From: Bacillota bacterium
Lineage (GTDB): Bacteria > Bacillota > Clostridia > Tissierellales > MES13
Direction: 5' to 3'
Assembly: GCA_009711785.1 (NCBI GenBank)
Contig: VENA01000068.1
Span: 10,067-74,066 of the forward strand
DNA: 64,000 nt
Position numbers and translations under genes: made by a program. Numbering within the stretch: the first letter of the stretch is position 1; each line of letters starts with the position of its first letter. Below the pieces are notes generated by a model that was given only the letters and a program-made list of their open reading frames with translations, did no database searches and had not been told where the DNA came from. Below are positions 49,807 to 59,347 of the stretch, in pieces.

Positions 49807-50793
49807 TTGAAAGGAACAAAAAATGTATTAAATGATATTAGAAAGAATAAGGGGCGGGATAAATTAGTTTCAAGTTTTAATATAATGGCTAAAAAAAACA
49901 TAAGAAAAACTAGGAAAATTATAAACGATGAGAAATTAGAATTTACTACTTTATATACAATAAAAAAAGAATTAGAGAGATTTGAATTAAACAAAGATTT
50001 AAACCCTCGTAACAAAATTGCTTTACAGTTAATTAATGAAATTAAAGATAAAAAAAATAATATTGTGACAAAATATGATTCTATAGAACATATTCTGAGG
50101 GTTCAATCTACTATTAAATGGATTTTAGATACTGGATTAGATGGTGACGGTTTAGATAATGAGTATGATGAAATTTTAGACTTTTCATATATACTTCTTA
50201 TAAAGGTATATAATGATATAACCTATACACCAAAAATAATAGATGTGATTTTTAAAAGATATAGAAAAGGATATTATATTTATGATTTAGTTTGGGCTTT
50301 ATTTGAATCCTGTGATATAGATAGTTTATCTTTGATAGCTAAGCATCTTTTATCTGAAAATTTTAAGGAATTTAATTTAGCATGTAGGCTTTTAAATTTC
50401 ATACCAGTAATAGAAAATATAAATAGTAAAAATAAAAGAGATTATTATCCCCTTGTAATAAAATGGATTAAAACAAATAGTCCTTATTTGTATTATACAG
50501 GGGAGAGTTTTCAACAAACTAGTAGACCTAAAGTTTATGCTATTAATATGGAAGCTAAGTATTTAAATAAAGAAGTTTCAAAAAAAACTGGAGAAATTTT
50601 ACACAAGTTAAATAAAAGAGAAACTAGACTTTTAGTTGAATTTAAAAAATTAAGTGATTACAATAAAGAAATTTTATCAAACTACTCTTCAACATTATAT
50701 ACAAATAATTTATATCAGTGGAATAATTTTATTAGTTATCCTCTCATAAAACAAATAGAATATGCTAAAAAGAGATTAGGAGGGATATTATGA
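49807..50793 (+). CDS. Hypothetical protein, translationally coupled to tgl
   Basis: TTG start 9 nt after AAAGGAG, with TATAAT at 49761-49766. The stop overlaps the tgl ATG (ATGA). No motif recognised. Confidence 0.65.
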   Translation: MKGTKNVLNDIRKNKGRDKLVSSFNIMAKKNIRKTRKIINDEKLEFTTLYTIKKELERFELNKDLNPRNKIALQLINEIKDKKNNIVTKYDSIEHILRVQSTIKWILDTGLDGDGLDNEYDEILDFSYILLIKVYNDITYTPKIIDVIFKRYRKGYYIYDLVWALFESCDIDSLSLIAKHLLSENFKEFNLACRLLNFIPVIENINSKNKRDYYPLVIKWIKTNSPYLYYTGESFQQTSRPKVYAINMEAKYLNKEVSKKTGEILHKLNKRETRLLVEFKKLSDYNKEILSNYSSTLYTNNLYQWNNFISYPLIKQIEYAKKRLGGIL

Positions 50794-51578
50794 TTATAAT
50801 AGCAGGAAAAATAGTTCCTCCTAATTTAATTAATGGCTTATATCCTTCTACTAGTATTAGAGGAGAAATGGTTAATAAATTATCTTCAAGTGAAGAAAAG
50901 TATTATTATGATTCAATAGAGCAATTGAAGTTTGAAATGGATTTAAGGAAGAATATTATAAATGCATCAATAGATCTATATAAAAGTAAAGTAACATTTA
51001 GAACCTTTAGAAAATCTAAATGTAATACTGATTATTGGAAACGTACTGATGAGGGGGGGTTTATTTTAAAAGAAAATATTAGACCTTCAAGAGGAATTAA
51101 AGATATTTTTTTAAATGGTAGAGAATATGGGACAGAATGTGCCACAGCTATAATCATTGTATATTATAAAGCAATCCTCGAAATCTTTGGAGAAGAACTA
51201 TTTAATGAGGTATTTACTAAAATTCATTTAATGAATTGGAGTTATTTAGATAGAAACTTAGGTATTACATATTATAGAAATATAAAAGATTATCTACCAG
51301 GGGATTGTAGATATTTTAAAAATCCTGATGTTAGTCCAAAAACACCTGAGTGGCAGGGTGAAAATGCAATAGATTTAAGCAGTGGTAGATACTATGGACA
51401 TGGCATTGGTATAAAGAGTGCAGAAGATATTATTAATACATTAAACAGATACAGAAAAAAAGATTCTGATACTTCAGCTTATTTATTAAATTCAGTAACT
51501 AATCTAAGTTATAAGAATCTATCTAATATATATTTAAAATTCGTATCTAACTTTCAGATTAGTAAAAGATTTATATAA
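50790..51578 (+). CDS. tgl: Protein-glutamine gamma-glutamyltransferase (spore coat transglutaminase)
   Basis: Collinear with my recollection of Bacillus subtilis Tgl: MIIIAGK N-terminus, YDSIEQLKFEMDLRKNII, active-site region GTECATAIIIVYY, GDCRYFKNPD, WQGENAI, YYGHGIGI, SAYLLN. Confidence 0.85.
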   Translation: MIIIAGKIVPPNLINGLYPSTSIRGEMVNKLSSSEEKYYYDSIEQLKFEMDLRKNIINASIDLYKSKVTFRTFRKSKCNTDYWKRTDEGGFILKENIRPSRGIKDIFLNGREYGTECATAIIIVYYKAILEIFGEELFNEVFTKIHLMNWSYLDRNLGITYYRNIKDYLPGDCRYFKNPDVSPKTPEWQGENAIDLSSGRYYGHGIGIKSAEDIINTLNRYRKKDSDTSAYLLNSVTNLSYKNLSNIYLKFVSNFQISKRFI

Positions 51579-51594
51579 TATATGTATTTATATG

Positions 51595-51623
51595 TTGACA
51601 TAATAACATATGGATGATAATAT
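51595..51623 (+). promoter_or_regulatory. Near-consensus sigma-A promoter of an orphan mini transcription unit
   Basis: TTGACA (51595-51600), 17-nt spacer, TAATAT (51618-51623). Confidence 0.55.
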
Positions 51624-51679
51624 TAAAAGTTAGAAACATAAAGAGAGGAGTTTTCATTATTTACAAGGAACATCATTTA

Positions 51680-51742
51680 TTGAGATTTACTATTGTAATT
51701 GTTGTAGCAATGACATGTTATTTAATTACTAGTATTTCTTAA
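51680..51742 (+). CDS. Candidate small hydrophobic peptide (20 aa from TTG 51680; 28 aa if ATT 51656 is used)
   Basis: Strong SD GAGAGGAG at 51643-51650. The frame reads (IIYKEHHL)MRFTIVIVVAMTCYLITSIS*. It lies between the promoter at 51595 and the terminator at 51823. Confidence 0.25.
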   Translation: MRFTIVIVVAMTCYLITSIS

Positions 51743-51822
51743 AAGCGAGAGAGTTATATTTAAAAAATCTTTATATATAGATTAATATTATTAAAGTAAA
51801 AAAAGAATATATAATGATTACA

Positions 51823-51850
51823 AAGCCCCTAATAAATAGGGGCTTATTTT
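51823..51850 (+). terminator. Intrinsic terminator of the mini transcription unit
   Basis: AAGCCCCT / AGGGGCTT GC-rich stem plus ATTTTATT. Confidence 0.75.
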
Positions 51851-52031
51851 ATTGTTAATATTATTAAGCTATATATCTGTGATAAAGATTAATAAGAGTA
51901 GTTTAAATATAAAAATATTATGTCCTTTTATTACTACTTATTTTTTCTATGGTAAATAGCATTGAAATTTAGAGGTAAATGCTTATTTTTGTCGAATAAA
52001 TATAAAGGCTTAAAATAAAGGAGGGAAAGTA

Positions 52032-53462
52032 GTGGAATTTGGTTTATGGAGTATATTACCGCCTGTAATAGCTATATTGTTAGCTATTAGAACAAAGCAA
52101 GTATTTTTATCTTTATTTGTAGGTATATTAATGGGAGAGTTATTAATAAATGATTTTAGAGTATTTACTGCCCTTAATGCTTCTTTAAACGAGATAGTAG
52201 GTGTTTTTAAAGAGGGATGGATTACTAAGACAGTTATGTTTTCTTTTCTAGTTGGAGGAATAATAACATTAATTCAAGCATCCGGTGGTGTTGATGGTTT
52301 TGTAAAATACCTTACAGTAAAAACAACTACCATTAAAAGTAGAAAGGGTGCAATGTTTTTAGCCTACATATTAGGAATTGTAATTTTTATAGAATCATCG
52401 ATAACAATACTAACATCTGGGACAGTGGCTAGACCACTGACAGATAAATTCAAGGTTTCAAGGGAAAAATTAGCATATATATGTGATTCAACATCGGCAC
52501 CTGTGTGTACATTAATTCCTCTAAATGCCTGGGGAGCAACACTAATAGGACTAATAGCTGTTCAGGTTTCAAATGGGGTGATTTCAGGAAATCCTACTAA
52601 TATTTTAATTAAAAGTATACCATATCAATTCTATTCTATCGTTGCAGTCTTAGCAGTTTTTTATTATATTTCAACTGGTAAGGATTGGGGACCTATGAAA
52701 AAGGCAGAACAAAGAGTATTAAAAACTGGAAGGATAATGAGAGAAGGAGCTAACCCTGTGGTATCAATGGATGCTACAGAGGTTTCAAAGAAAGAAGGAG
52801 TTAAGGTAGATAAGTGGAATATGTTATTACCATTATTAGTTCTTATAGGAATGATGCCTATAGGATTATATATTACAGGAAGTGGTAACATATTTAATGG
52901 TTCAGGTTCTACATCGGTATTTTGGGCTGTTTTAACTTCTTTAATATTTACTTCAATTCTTTATAGGATAAAAAAAATAATGACATTTAAAGATTTTATG
53001 GATTATGTCTATAAAGGAATAGGAGCAATGGTTCCAGTGGTAACTATACTTATATTTTCCTTTGCAATAGGAAATGTAATAACAAACTTAGGAACAGGTG
53101 AGTATATGGCCAGTTTAGTAGAAGGAAAGGTAAGTGGTGCTATTGGTCCTGCAATTATTTTTACTATTGGATGTATAATGGCATTTTCAACTGGTACAAG
53201 TTGGGGAACTTTTGCTATAATGATGCCTATAGCAATTCAAATGGCAGTTGCTATGGATGCAAATCTATATGCAAGTATAGGAGCTGTGGTATCTGGAGCA
53301 ATTATGGGTGATCATTGCTCACCTATATCTGATACAACTATACTTTCATCAATGGCGTCTGCTTCTGATCATATAGACCATGTTAAAACTCAGGCACCCT
53401 ATGCATTGTTAAATTCAGTTATTGCTTTAATATTATATTTAGTTGTAGGTTATATAGGTTAA
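52032..53462 (+). CDS. Na+/H+ antiporter NhaC family protein
   Basis: About 11-12 TM helices, NhaC-like layout. GTG start after AAGGAGGG. Confidence 0.8.
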   Translation: MEFGLWSILPPVIAILLAIRTKQVFLSLFVGILMGELLINDFRVFTALNASLNEIVGVFKEGWITKTVMFSFLVGGIITLIQASGGVDGFVKYLTVKTTTIKSRKGAMFLAYILGIVIFIESSITILTSGTVARPLTDKFKVSREKLAYICDSTSAPVCTLIPLNAWGATLIGLIAVQVSNGVISGNPTNILIKSIPYQFYSIVAVLAVFYYISTGKDWGPMKKAEQRVLKTGRIMREGANPVVSMDATEVSKKEGVKVDKWNMLLPLLVLIGMMPIGLYITGSGNIFNGSGSTSVFWAVLTSLIFTSILYRIKKIMTFKDFMDYVYKGIGAMVPVVTILIFSFAIGNVITNLGTGEYMASLVEGKVSGAIGPAIIFTIGCIMAFSTGTSWGTFAIMMPIAIQMAVAMDANLYASIGAVVSGAIMGDHCSPISDTTILSSMASASDHIDHVKTQAPYALLNSVIALILYLVVGYIG

Positions 53463-53493
53463 ATTTAATTCAAAATATGAATTGATTAGTAAA

Positions 53494-53535
53494 AGCACTT
53501 TATGACAATAATAAGTCATAGGGTGTTTTTTTGTT
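53494..53535 (+). terminator. Intrinsic terminator after nhaC-like gene
   Basis: CACTTTATGAC / GTCATAGGGTG stem (two G-U pairs) followed by TTTTTTT. Confidence 0.65.
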
Positions 53536-53566
53536 TAACAAATAATCCTTAGATAGGAGGGTTTAA

Positions 53567-54652
53567 ATGAATCAGTCCATTACTAATAGACAAATTGCAT
53601 TTATGATTTTTGGAGTAGTAGTTGGGTTTGGAATTTTAGGATTGCCTAAAGGAATTGCAGAAGAATATGGAACTGCAGCATGGATTGGTATTTTAGTTGG
53701 AACTATAATAGCTATTATTTTCACATATATTGTTACTTATCTTGGTTATCACAATGAAGGGAAAACCCTTTATGAATATAGTGAAGAATTAGTAGGAAAA
53801 ACAATAACTTATATATTTTTGGCTTTTTATATTGTATATTTCTTTTTATTTTTTACTTTTGTTATAAGAATGGCAAGTGATGTAATTAGACTCACTATTT
53901 TAATTAATACCCCTACAATAGCACTATGTATTATTTTTTATATAGTTATGTACTATGCTTTAATAAAAGGGTTAAGGGGTATTGCAAGGCTTTGTGAGTT
54001 TTATGGGGTTATAATTATTTCAGGTTACTTATTTATTTATTTCATTTTAGCATCCCAAGGTAGAATTATTAATATAAGACCTTTCTTTGGAACAGGGGAA
54101 ATAAGTCAATATTTAAAACTTCCAATAGCTACTTTAGTACCATATGTAGGTATAGAGATAGTTACTTTTATTCCATTAAAAAAGGATAAAAATAGAAAAG
54201 TTTTTAAGTATACAACATTGATGGTTGCATTTATAGGGCTTTTATACATGATAGTAGTGGAAGCATGTATATCTGTAATAGGTATAGATGACATCGTACA
54301 TTATAAAGATGCATTAATAGCAACAATAAGAAGAGTTGATGTGCATTGGTTAGAGTTTTTTGAAAGACTTGATGGTTTGTTTTTAAGTTTATGGATTATG
54401 TCTGTATTTCTAACGGTTACTATACTTGGATATGGAACAGTAATATTTACAAATAAGATTTTTAAAAAGATAAATTATAATGTTCTTGCTCTAATAATTC
54501 TTATAATTTCTTTAATAGCTTCACAGTTACCAAAAACATTTGATCAAGTACAGTTTCTAATAGACTTATCTGGATATATAGGATTAGGACCTATAATTAT
54601 TATACCTTCAATATTATTAGTTGTGATGAAGGTTAAGAAAAATAACCAGTAG
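53567..54652 (+). CDS. Spore germination protein, GerAB/GerKB-type permease subunit
   Basis: Typical N-terminus ITNRQIAFMIFGVVVGFGILGLP. 10 TM, APC-superfamily-like. Confidence 0.85.
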   Translation: MNQSITNRQIAFMIFGVVVGFGILGLPKGIAEEYGTAAWIGILVGTIIAIIFTYIVTYLGYHNEGKTLYEYSEELVGKTITYIFLAFYIVYFFLFFTFVIRMASDVIRLTILINTPTIALCIIFYIVMYYALIKGLRGIARLCEFYGVIIISGYLFIYFILASQGRIINIRPFFGTGEISQYLKLPIATLVPYVGIEIVTFIPLKKDKNRKVFKYTTLMVAFIGLLYMIVVEACISVIGIDDIVHYKDALIATIRRVDVHWLEFFERLDGLFLSLWIMSVFLTVTILGYGTVIFTNKIFKKINYNVLALIILIISLIASQLPKTFDQVQFLIDLSGYIGLGPIIIIPSILLVVMKVKKNNQ

Positions 54653-54858
54653 CTTATGATATGTATATATATTCATAAATAGTATTTTGAGATTTAAAAA
54701 AGTTATATGGATAATAACTAGGGTTATTATTAATAGAATCAGATATCTTGGATATCCTAATAATGAAAAATATATAAATAGTACTTATTTTAAAATTTAA
54801 TAAAGCTCAAGTCATTTTTATATATTTTACTAACTTATTATAATGAAGGTGAAAACAA

Positions 54859-55992
54859 ATGATCAGAAGGTATAGTAAAATTTTAATTATATTAGTTATT
54901 CCATCTTTAATATTAACAGGATGTTGGGATTATCAGGATATAGATAAAAGAAGTATCATTATAACAGTAGGTGTAGACCATATTAAAGGAGATGTTGAAT
55001 TTGCTACAGAGGTTGCAAGGCTTGTACCATCGGCTGGTGAAGCAAAAATAGCAAAACAAGATATATATAAAGATTTATCATATGGTAAAACATTTGAATT
55101 TGCAAGGGTTGATTATGATTCAAGACGTCCTTTCCCCACTTTTTTAAGTGCCACAAGGGTTGTAGTTTTTGGTCCTAATTATGCAAAAGAGGGTGTAGAA
55201 CCTTATATGAATAGAATTAATAAAATGTATGATTATAGAAAAACTCTCTTAACTGTGGTAAGTAGAGAACCTGCTAGTGAGTTAATACAAACTAAAGTTA
55301 AAAAAAGTATATCTGTCGGTTTTTTAATAGAAGATATGATGACATTCTTATCAGAAAAGGGAACAGCTTTGTATCCTAAGGTTGGAGAAATACTTTCAGA
55401 TATATCCTTAGGAGATGTAGGTTATATTCTTCCCTACATAGGAAAATCCCAGGAATCTATAAAGTATTTAGGTCTTGCTATTATGAAAGAGTCAAAACTA
55501 ATAGGTACAGTTGATGTTAAAAATTCTGAAGGTATATTGTATTTGTTAGCAGAAGATCCTGTATTTACTGAAATTGTTACTTTAGAAAATGATAAAGAAA
55601 ATAAATATTCCTTTAGAATTAAAATAGGAGATAGAAAAATAAAATCAGAATATAAAGAAGGTAAACCTATAATAAATGTAGATTTAGAATTAAAAAACCA
55701 ATTACAATATCAATATTATGTTGGGCCAATAAATGATGAAGAAAAGAAAATTTTAGAAAAAAAGATTTCAAAAGTAGTAAAAAAATATATTACAGATATA
55801 ATAAAAAGATCTCAAGAAGAATTTGAATGTGATATATTTAGTTTTGCCAAATACTTTAGGGCAGATAATCCTAAGGTTTATAAAAAAATAGATTGGTCAA
55901 AGGAATACCCAGAAATAAAAATTAATGTTAATGTAAAATCTAAGATTATAAATATGAATTTATCTGATCCTAGTGCAAAACAGAATTATTAA
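54859..55992 (+). CDS. Ger(x)C family spore germination lipoprotein
   Basis: Lipobox LTGCWD followed by the family's usual IDKRSII..VGVD segment. 377 aa. Confidence 0.85.
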   Translation: MIRRYSKILIILVIPSLILTGCWDYQDIDKRSIIITVGVDHIKGDVEFATEVARLVPSAGEAKIAKQDIYKDLSYGKTFEFARVDYDSRRPFPTFLSATRVVVFGPNYAKEGVEPYMNRINKMYDYRKTLLTVVSREPASELIQTKVKKSISVGFLIEDMMTFLSEKGTALYPKVGEILSDISLGDVGYILPYIGKSQESIKYLGLAIMKESKLIGTVDVKNSEGILYLLAEDPVFTEIVTLENDKENKYSFRIKIGDRKIKSEYKEGKPIINVDLELKNQLQYQYYVGPINDEEKKILEKKISKVVKKYITDIIKRSQEEFECDIFSFAKYFRADNPKVYKKIDWSKEYPEIKINVNVKSKIINMNLSDPSAKQNY

Positions 55993-56003
55993 GGGTGAAT
56001 GTT

Positions 56004-57440
56004 ATGAAAGAATTTAAAAATAACAAAAACTTTATAAGAAAGCTTAAAGAATTGAAACAAAAAGATATTGGAATTTCTACTAGAAGGGTAGTGATAAATA
56101 ATAGTGAAATATTTATAATATATATTCAGCAACTTACAGATAGAGATTTAATATCTAGTAGTATTATTAAGCCATTGCTTCATTTTAAAGAAGATAGACT
56201 TTCAATAGAAAAGATAGTAAGTTCAGTAATATATATAGATGATATATCTATTGATGATAATGAGAATGATATTATTGATTATGTATTAAATGGCAAGTCA
56301 GTAATAATAATACCAAGGGAGCAAAGTTATATAATAGCGAATACATCAAAGGTTGAAAAAAGAAGTGTAGAGGCTCCTGATATTCAAACATCACTAAAGG
56401 CACCTAGGGATGCTTTTACTGAAAATTTTCAGACTAATCTTTCCTTAATAAGATATAGATTAAAAGATGAGTCATTAAAGATTGATAACCATATAGTAGG
56501 GAGAAGAACTAAAACATCTGTTTCAGTATTATATATGAAAGATATAGCAAATGAAGAGTATGTAAAGGAAGTAAAAAAAAGAATAGAAAAAATTGATGTA
56601 GATGGTATTATGGAGTCAGGATATGTTCAAAAGTTTATTGTTGATAATGTATTTAATATATTTCCCCATGTAGGTATAGCAGAAAGGTCGGATACAGCCT
56701 GTGCTAATATTTTAAAGGGAAAAATTTGTGTTTTAGTAGAAGGCAGTAATTTAGCCTTAGTTATGCCTCAAACCTTTGGAGATTTTCTAGATTCTGGGGA
56801 TGATCATTATGATAATATATACCTAGCAGTATTTACTAAGTTTTTAAGATATTTATCAATTACACTAGCTTTAATATTATCTGCATCATATGTTGCTGTT
56901 GTTGGTTTCCATTCAGATATATTGCCACCGCAGTTTATTTTAGCAGTGGCAACTTCTAGGGTTACAGTACCTGTTAATGCTTTGGTTGAAGCAACCCTTA
57001 TGGAAGGGGTTTCTGAGCTATTAAGAGAAGCTAGTATAAGACTTCCAAAACAAATAGGCCCTGCTATTGGTATAGTGGGAACAATAGTAATAGGTCAGGC
57101 TGCTGTGGCAGCTGGTTTAGTTAGTCCCCTAATGGTAATTATTGTTTCATTATCTACAATGGCATCTTTTGCAGCTCCTGATTATACAGTCTTAAATGCT
57201 GTTAGGATTTTGAAATTTTTTATGATTTTTATAACAGGAGTTTTTGGATTATTTGGATTAGTTATGGGGTATACTCTAATAATAATTAATTTAGTTTCCT
57301 CAACAAGTTTCGGTGTTCCTTACTTTTCACCGATGGCACCATTTAATCTAAATGATTTTAAAAATTATATATTAGGTGATATAAATCTAATAAAATTAAG
57401 ACCAAAATATTTAAAATCAAAGGATAAAACAAAGCACTAA
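56004..57440 (+). CDS. Spore germination protein, GerAA/GerKA-type subunit
   Basis: GerA family core (EAPDIQTSLKAPRDAFTENFQTNLSLIRYRLKD) and C-terminal TM bundle. Start moved to ATG 56004 (SD AAGGGTGA). Confidence 0.85.
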   Translation: MKEFKNNKNFIRKLKELKQKDIGISTRRVVINNSEIFIIYIQQLTDRDLISSSIIKPLLHFKEDRLSIEKIVSSVIYIDDISIDDNENDIIDYVLNGKSVIIIPREQSYIIANTSKVEKRSVEAPDIQTSLKAPRDAFTENFQTNLSLIRYRLKDESLKIDNHIVGRRTKTSVSVLYMKDIANEEYVKEVKKRIEKIDVDGIMESGYVQKFIVDNVFNIFPHVGIAERSDTACANILKGKICVLVEGSNLALVMPQTFGDFLDSGDDHYDNIYLAVFTKFLRYLSITLALILSASYVAVVGFHSDILPPQFILAVATSRVTVPVNALVEATLMEGVSELLREASIRLPKQIGPAIGIVGTIVIGQAAVAAGLVSPLMVIIVSLSTMASFAAPDYTVLNAVRILKFFMIFITGVFGLFGLVMGYTLIIINLVSSTSFGVPYFSPMAPFNLNDFKNYILGDINLIKLRPKYLKSKDKTKH

Positions 57441-57448
57441 AATTATTT

Positions 57449-57480
57449 AAACCCTGAAAAGAATTTTCAGGGTTTTTAAA
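57449..57480 (+). terminator. Intrinsic terminator after the ger operon
   Basis: AAACCCTGAAAA / TTTTCAGGGTTT stem plus a T-run. Confidence 0.8.
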
Positions 57481-57597
57481 ATTATACAAAAAAGGATAAA
57501 TTGTATTAATAAATATTTAAGTTGAAATGGAAAATATTATATGGTATAATATGGATACATATAGTTATTTTAAGATTAAAAAAGGGGACGATTTTAT

Positions 57598-57951
57598 TTG
57601 ATTAAATTAATAATATTTGGGATGATAGAACTTTTTTTATTTGTAGTTATAGGACAAAAAGATATACAGAGCTTTTTTATTATATGGACTATATTATCAT
57701 TTTGTTTATTAGCTTTTAAATTTAAAGATGAAATAAATTTTGATATAGGGGATTCTAGTATGGTTGGTAGTTCTACTTCTCAATCATCAAGTTATCAGGG
57801 AAGGATATATGCAAAGAAAACGGCTGAATCAATTTCTAAGGGAAAAAATAAAACTAAGAAAATCAAGAAAGAGAGAAAGTTGAGTAGAGAAGAATATTTA
57901 ATAATAATATATTGCATTTTAAATGGATTTGGAATTTTTTTATTGAAATAA
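57598..57951 (+). CDS. Small membrane protein, unknown function
   Basis: TTG start 9 nt after AAGGGGA. Two N-terminal TM helices, a Ser-rich and basic linker, and a C-terminal TM helix. Confidence 0.5.
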   Translation: MIKLIIFGMIELFLFVVIGQKDIQSFFIIWTILSFCLLAFKFKDEINFDIGDSSMVGSSTSQSSSYQGRIYAKKTAESISKGKNKTKKIKKERKLSREEYLIIIYCILNGFGIFLLK

Positions 57952-57957
57952 GTACTT

Positions 57958-58499
57958 ATGAAAAGAGAAAATGATTATAAGGTAACTAAAGGTAAACCCT
58001 TTAAGTTAAGCTTAGCTATGTTAGATAATAAATGATATATTAACTAAAAAGCAAATCTTCGAAATATTAAATATAGTATTAGATGAAAACCATATTTTTT
58101 ATAAAATTGGAGAGATAGGAGATTCTGTTTTTACAAGGACGTTTTCTGTTTTAATATTACCACCTATAATTTATGAACATAAAGAAAATAATTTCTTATC
58201 GCTTAAAGATTTAGAAAAAAAATATATAATTAGTCAGGTATATAAAAGTAAAAAAGGATGTAAGGGGATATGTTAAAGAGAAAGGATGGGTCCATGGCGA
58301 TGCACATGCAGCCGATGGCCTTAATGAGTTAGCAAAGTGTAAAGAATTAAATATTAAAGAATTAAAAGGGATTTTAGATGTAGTAAAAAATAAAATCTGT
58401 ATAAACGATTATGCTTATATTAATGAAGAGGATGAACGTATGGTTACAGCTGTTAAATCGGTATTAAAAGAAAAATTATACAGACAGAAGAAATTATAG
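57958..58499 (+). pseudogene. Disrupted DUF2785-like gene (internal deletion plus frameshift)
   Basis: Three collinear fragments in different frames: MKRENDYKVTKGKPFKLSLAMLDNK*; ..LTKKQIFEILNIVLDENHIFYKIGEIGDSVFTRTFSVLILPP..; DVRGYVKEKGWVHGDAHAADGLNELAKC... The second break falls in an A6 run at 58250-58255. Confidence 0.6.
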
Positions 58500-58543
58500 A
58501 CTGATTAATAGTTTTAATGAAATTAGTAATTTTTAATAAATTA

Positions 58544-58578
58544 AAAGGTATAGATGTATATAGACATCTATACCTTTT
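58544..58578. terminator. Bidirectional terminator
   Basis: AAGGTATAGATGT / ACATCTATACCTT 13-bp stem flanked by A-run and T-run, between convergent units. Confidence 0.75.
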
Positions 58579-58585
58579 AGTTATG

Positions 58586-59161
58586 TTATTGCAAATGAGA
58601 AGGGGTATCTTTATTGTGTTGTTTTGTTTTTAATTCATCAAAAATATTTCCTTTTAAATCCTCAGGTTGATTATTAAAATATAATCCCATCAACTTTTCA
58701 AATTCTCCTATAGTTAAAGGCTTAGCGTGTCTTTTTAATTCATATCCAATTTGTCCATTAACTTCTAAAGTTGCAGTTTTTACATCAGAAATGTTTTCAA
58801 CTCCTTTTTGTCGTAATCTCATTTCTAAAAGATCTGTTGTCATTCTTAATTTTTTTAAGTTTTCTGTTACTATGTTACCGTTTTCTATAATAACTTTACT
58901 TTTACCTGTTATTAATGTTTCAATGAAATCAAACTTTAATTGTAAATATTCGACCATAATCATAAATAATACAAAAATACTCGCAGCAATAATTGTTCTT
59001 AGTATACTTGTTTCAATGATAGGTTGAATAATTATTGACCCTATTGATATCATTACTACAGTTTGTGATATTGTCATTTGTGATATTGATTTTCTTCCTG
59101 ATATCCTAAGTAAAGCTAAACCAGAAATTATAAGAACTAATGATTTATATATAACTTCCAT
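58586..59161 (-). CDS. DUF421 (YetF-like) membrane protein
   Basis: Three N-terminal TM helices, then the soluble domain pattern ITGKSKVIIENG.I..NLKK.RMT.DLLEMRLRQKGV..I.DV..A.LE.NG. Confidence 0.75.
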   Translation of the reverse strand: MEVIYKSLVLIISGLALLRISGRKSISQMTISQTVVMISIGSIIIQPIIETSILRTIIAASIFVLFMIMVEYLQLKFDFIETLITGKSKVIIENGNIVTENLKKLRMTTDLLEMRLRQKGVENISDVKTATLEVNGQIGYELKRHAKPLTIGEFEKLMGLYFNNQPEDLKGNIFDELKTKQHNKDTPSHLQ

Positions 59162-59347
59162 AATTAAACCTCCTTATTTTTATATTATTGTTTTATTTTT
59201 AAGGTATCTATATTCATTAGTATAGATTAACTTTATAAATCTTATCATTTTAAATATAATTTAGATTTTTATGTTTAGGATTTAAATTTCATACATATAA
59301 TAAACTATAAAGGTACTAATTTAAAGCGTAGATTGGAGGTAATTCTT

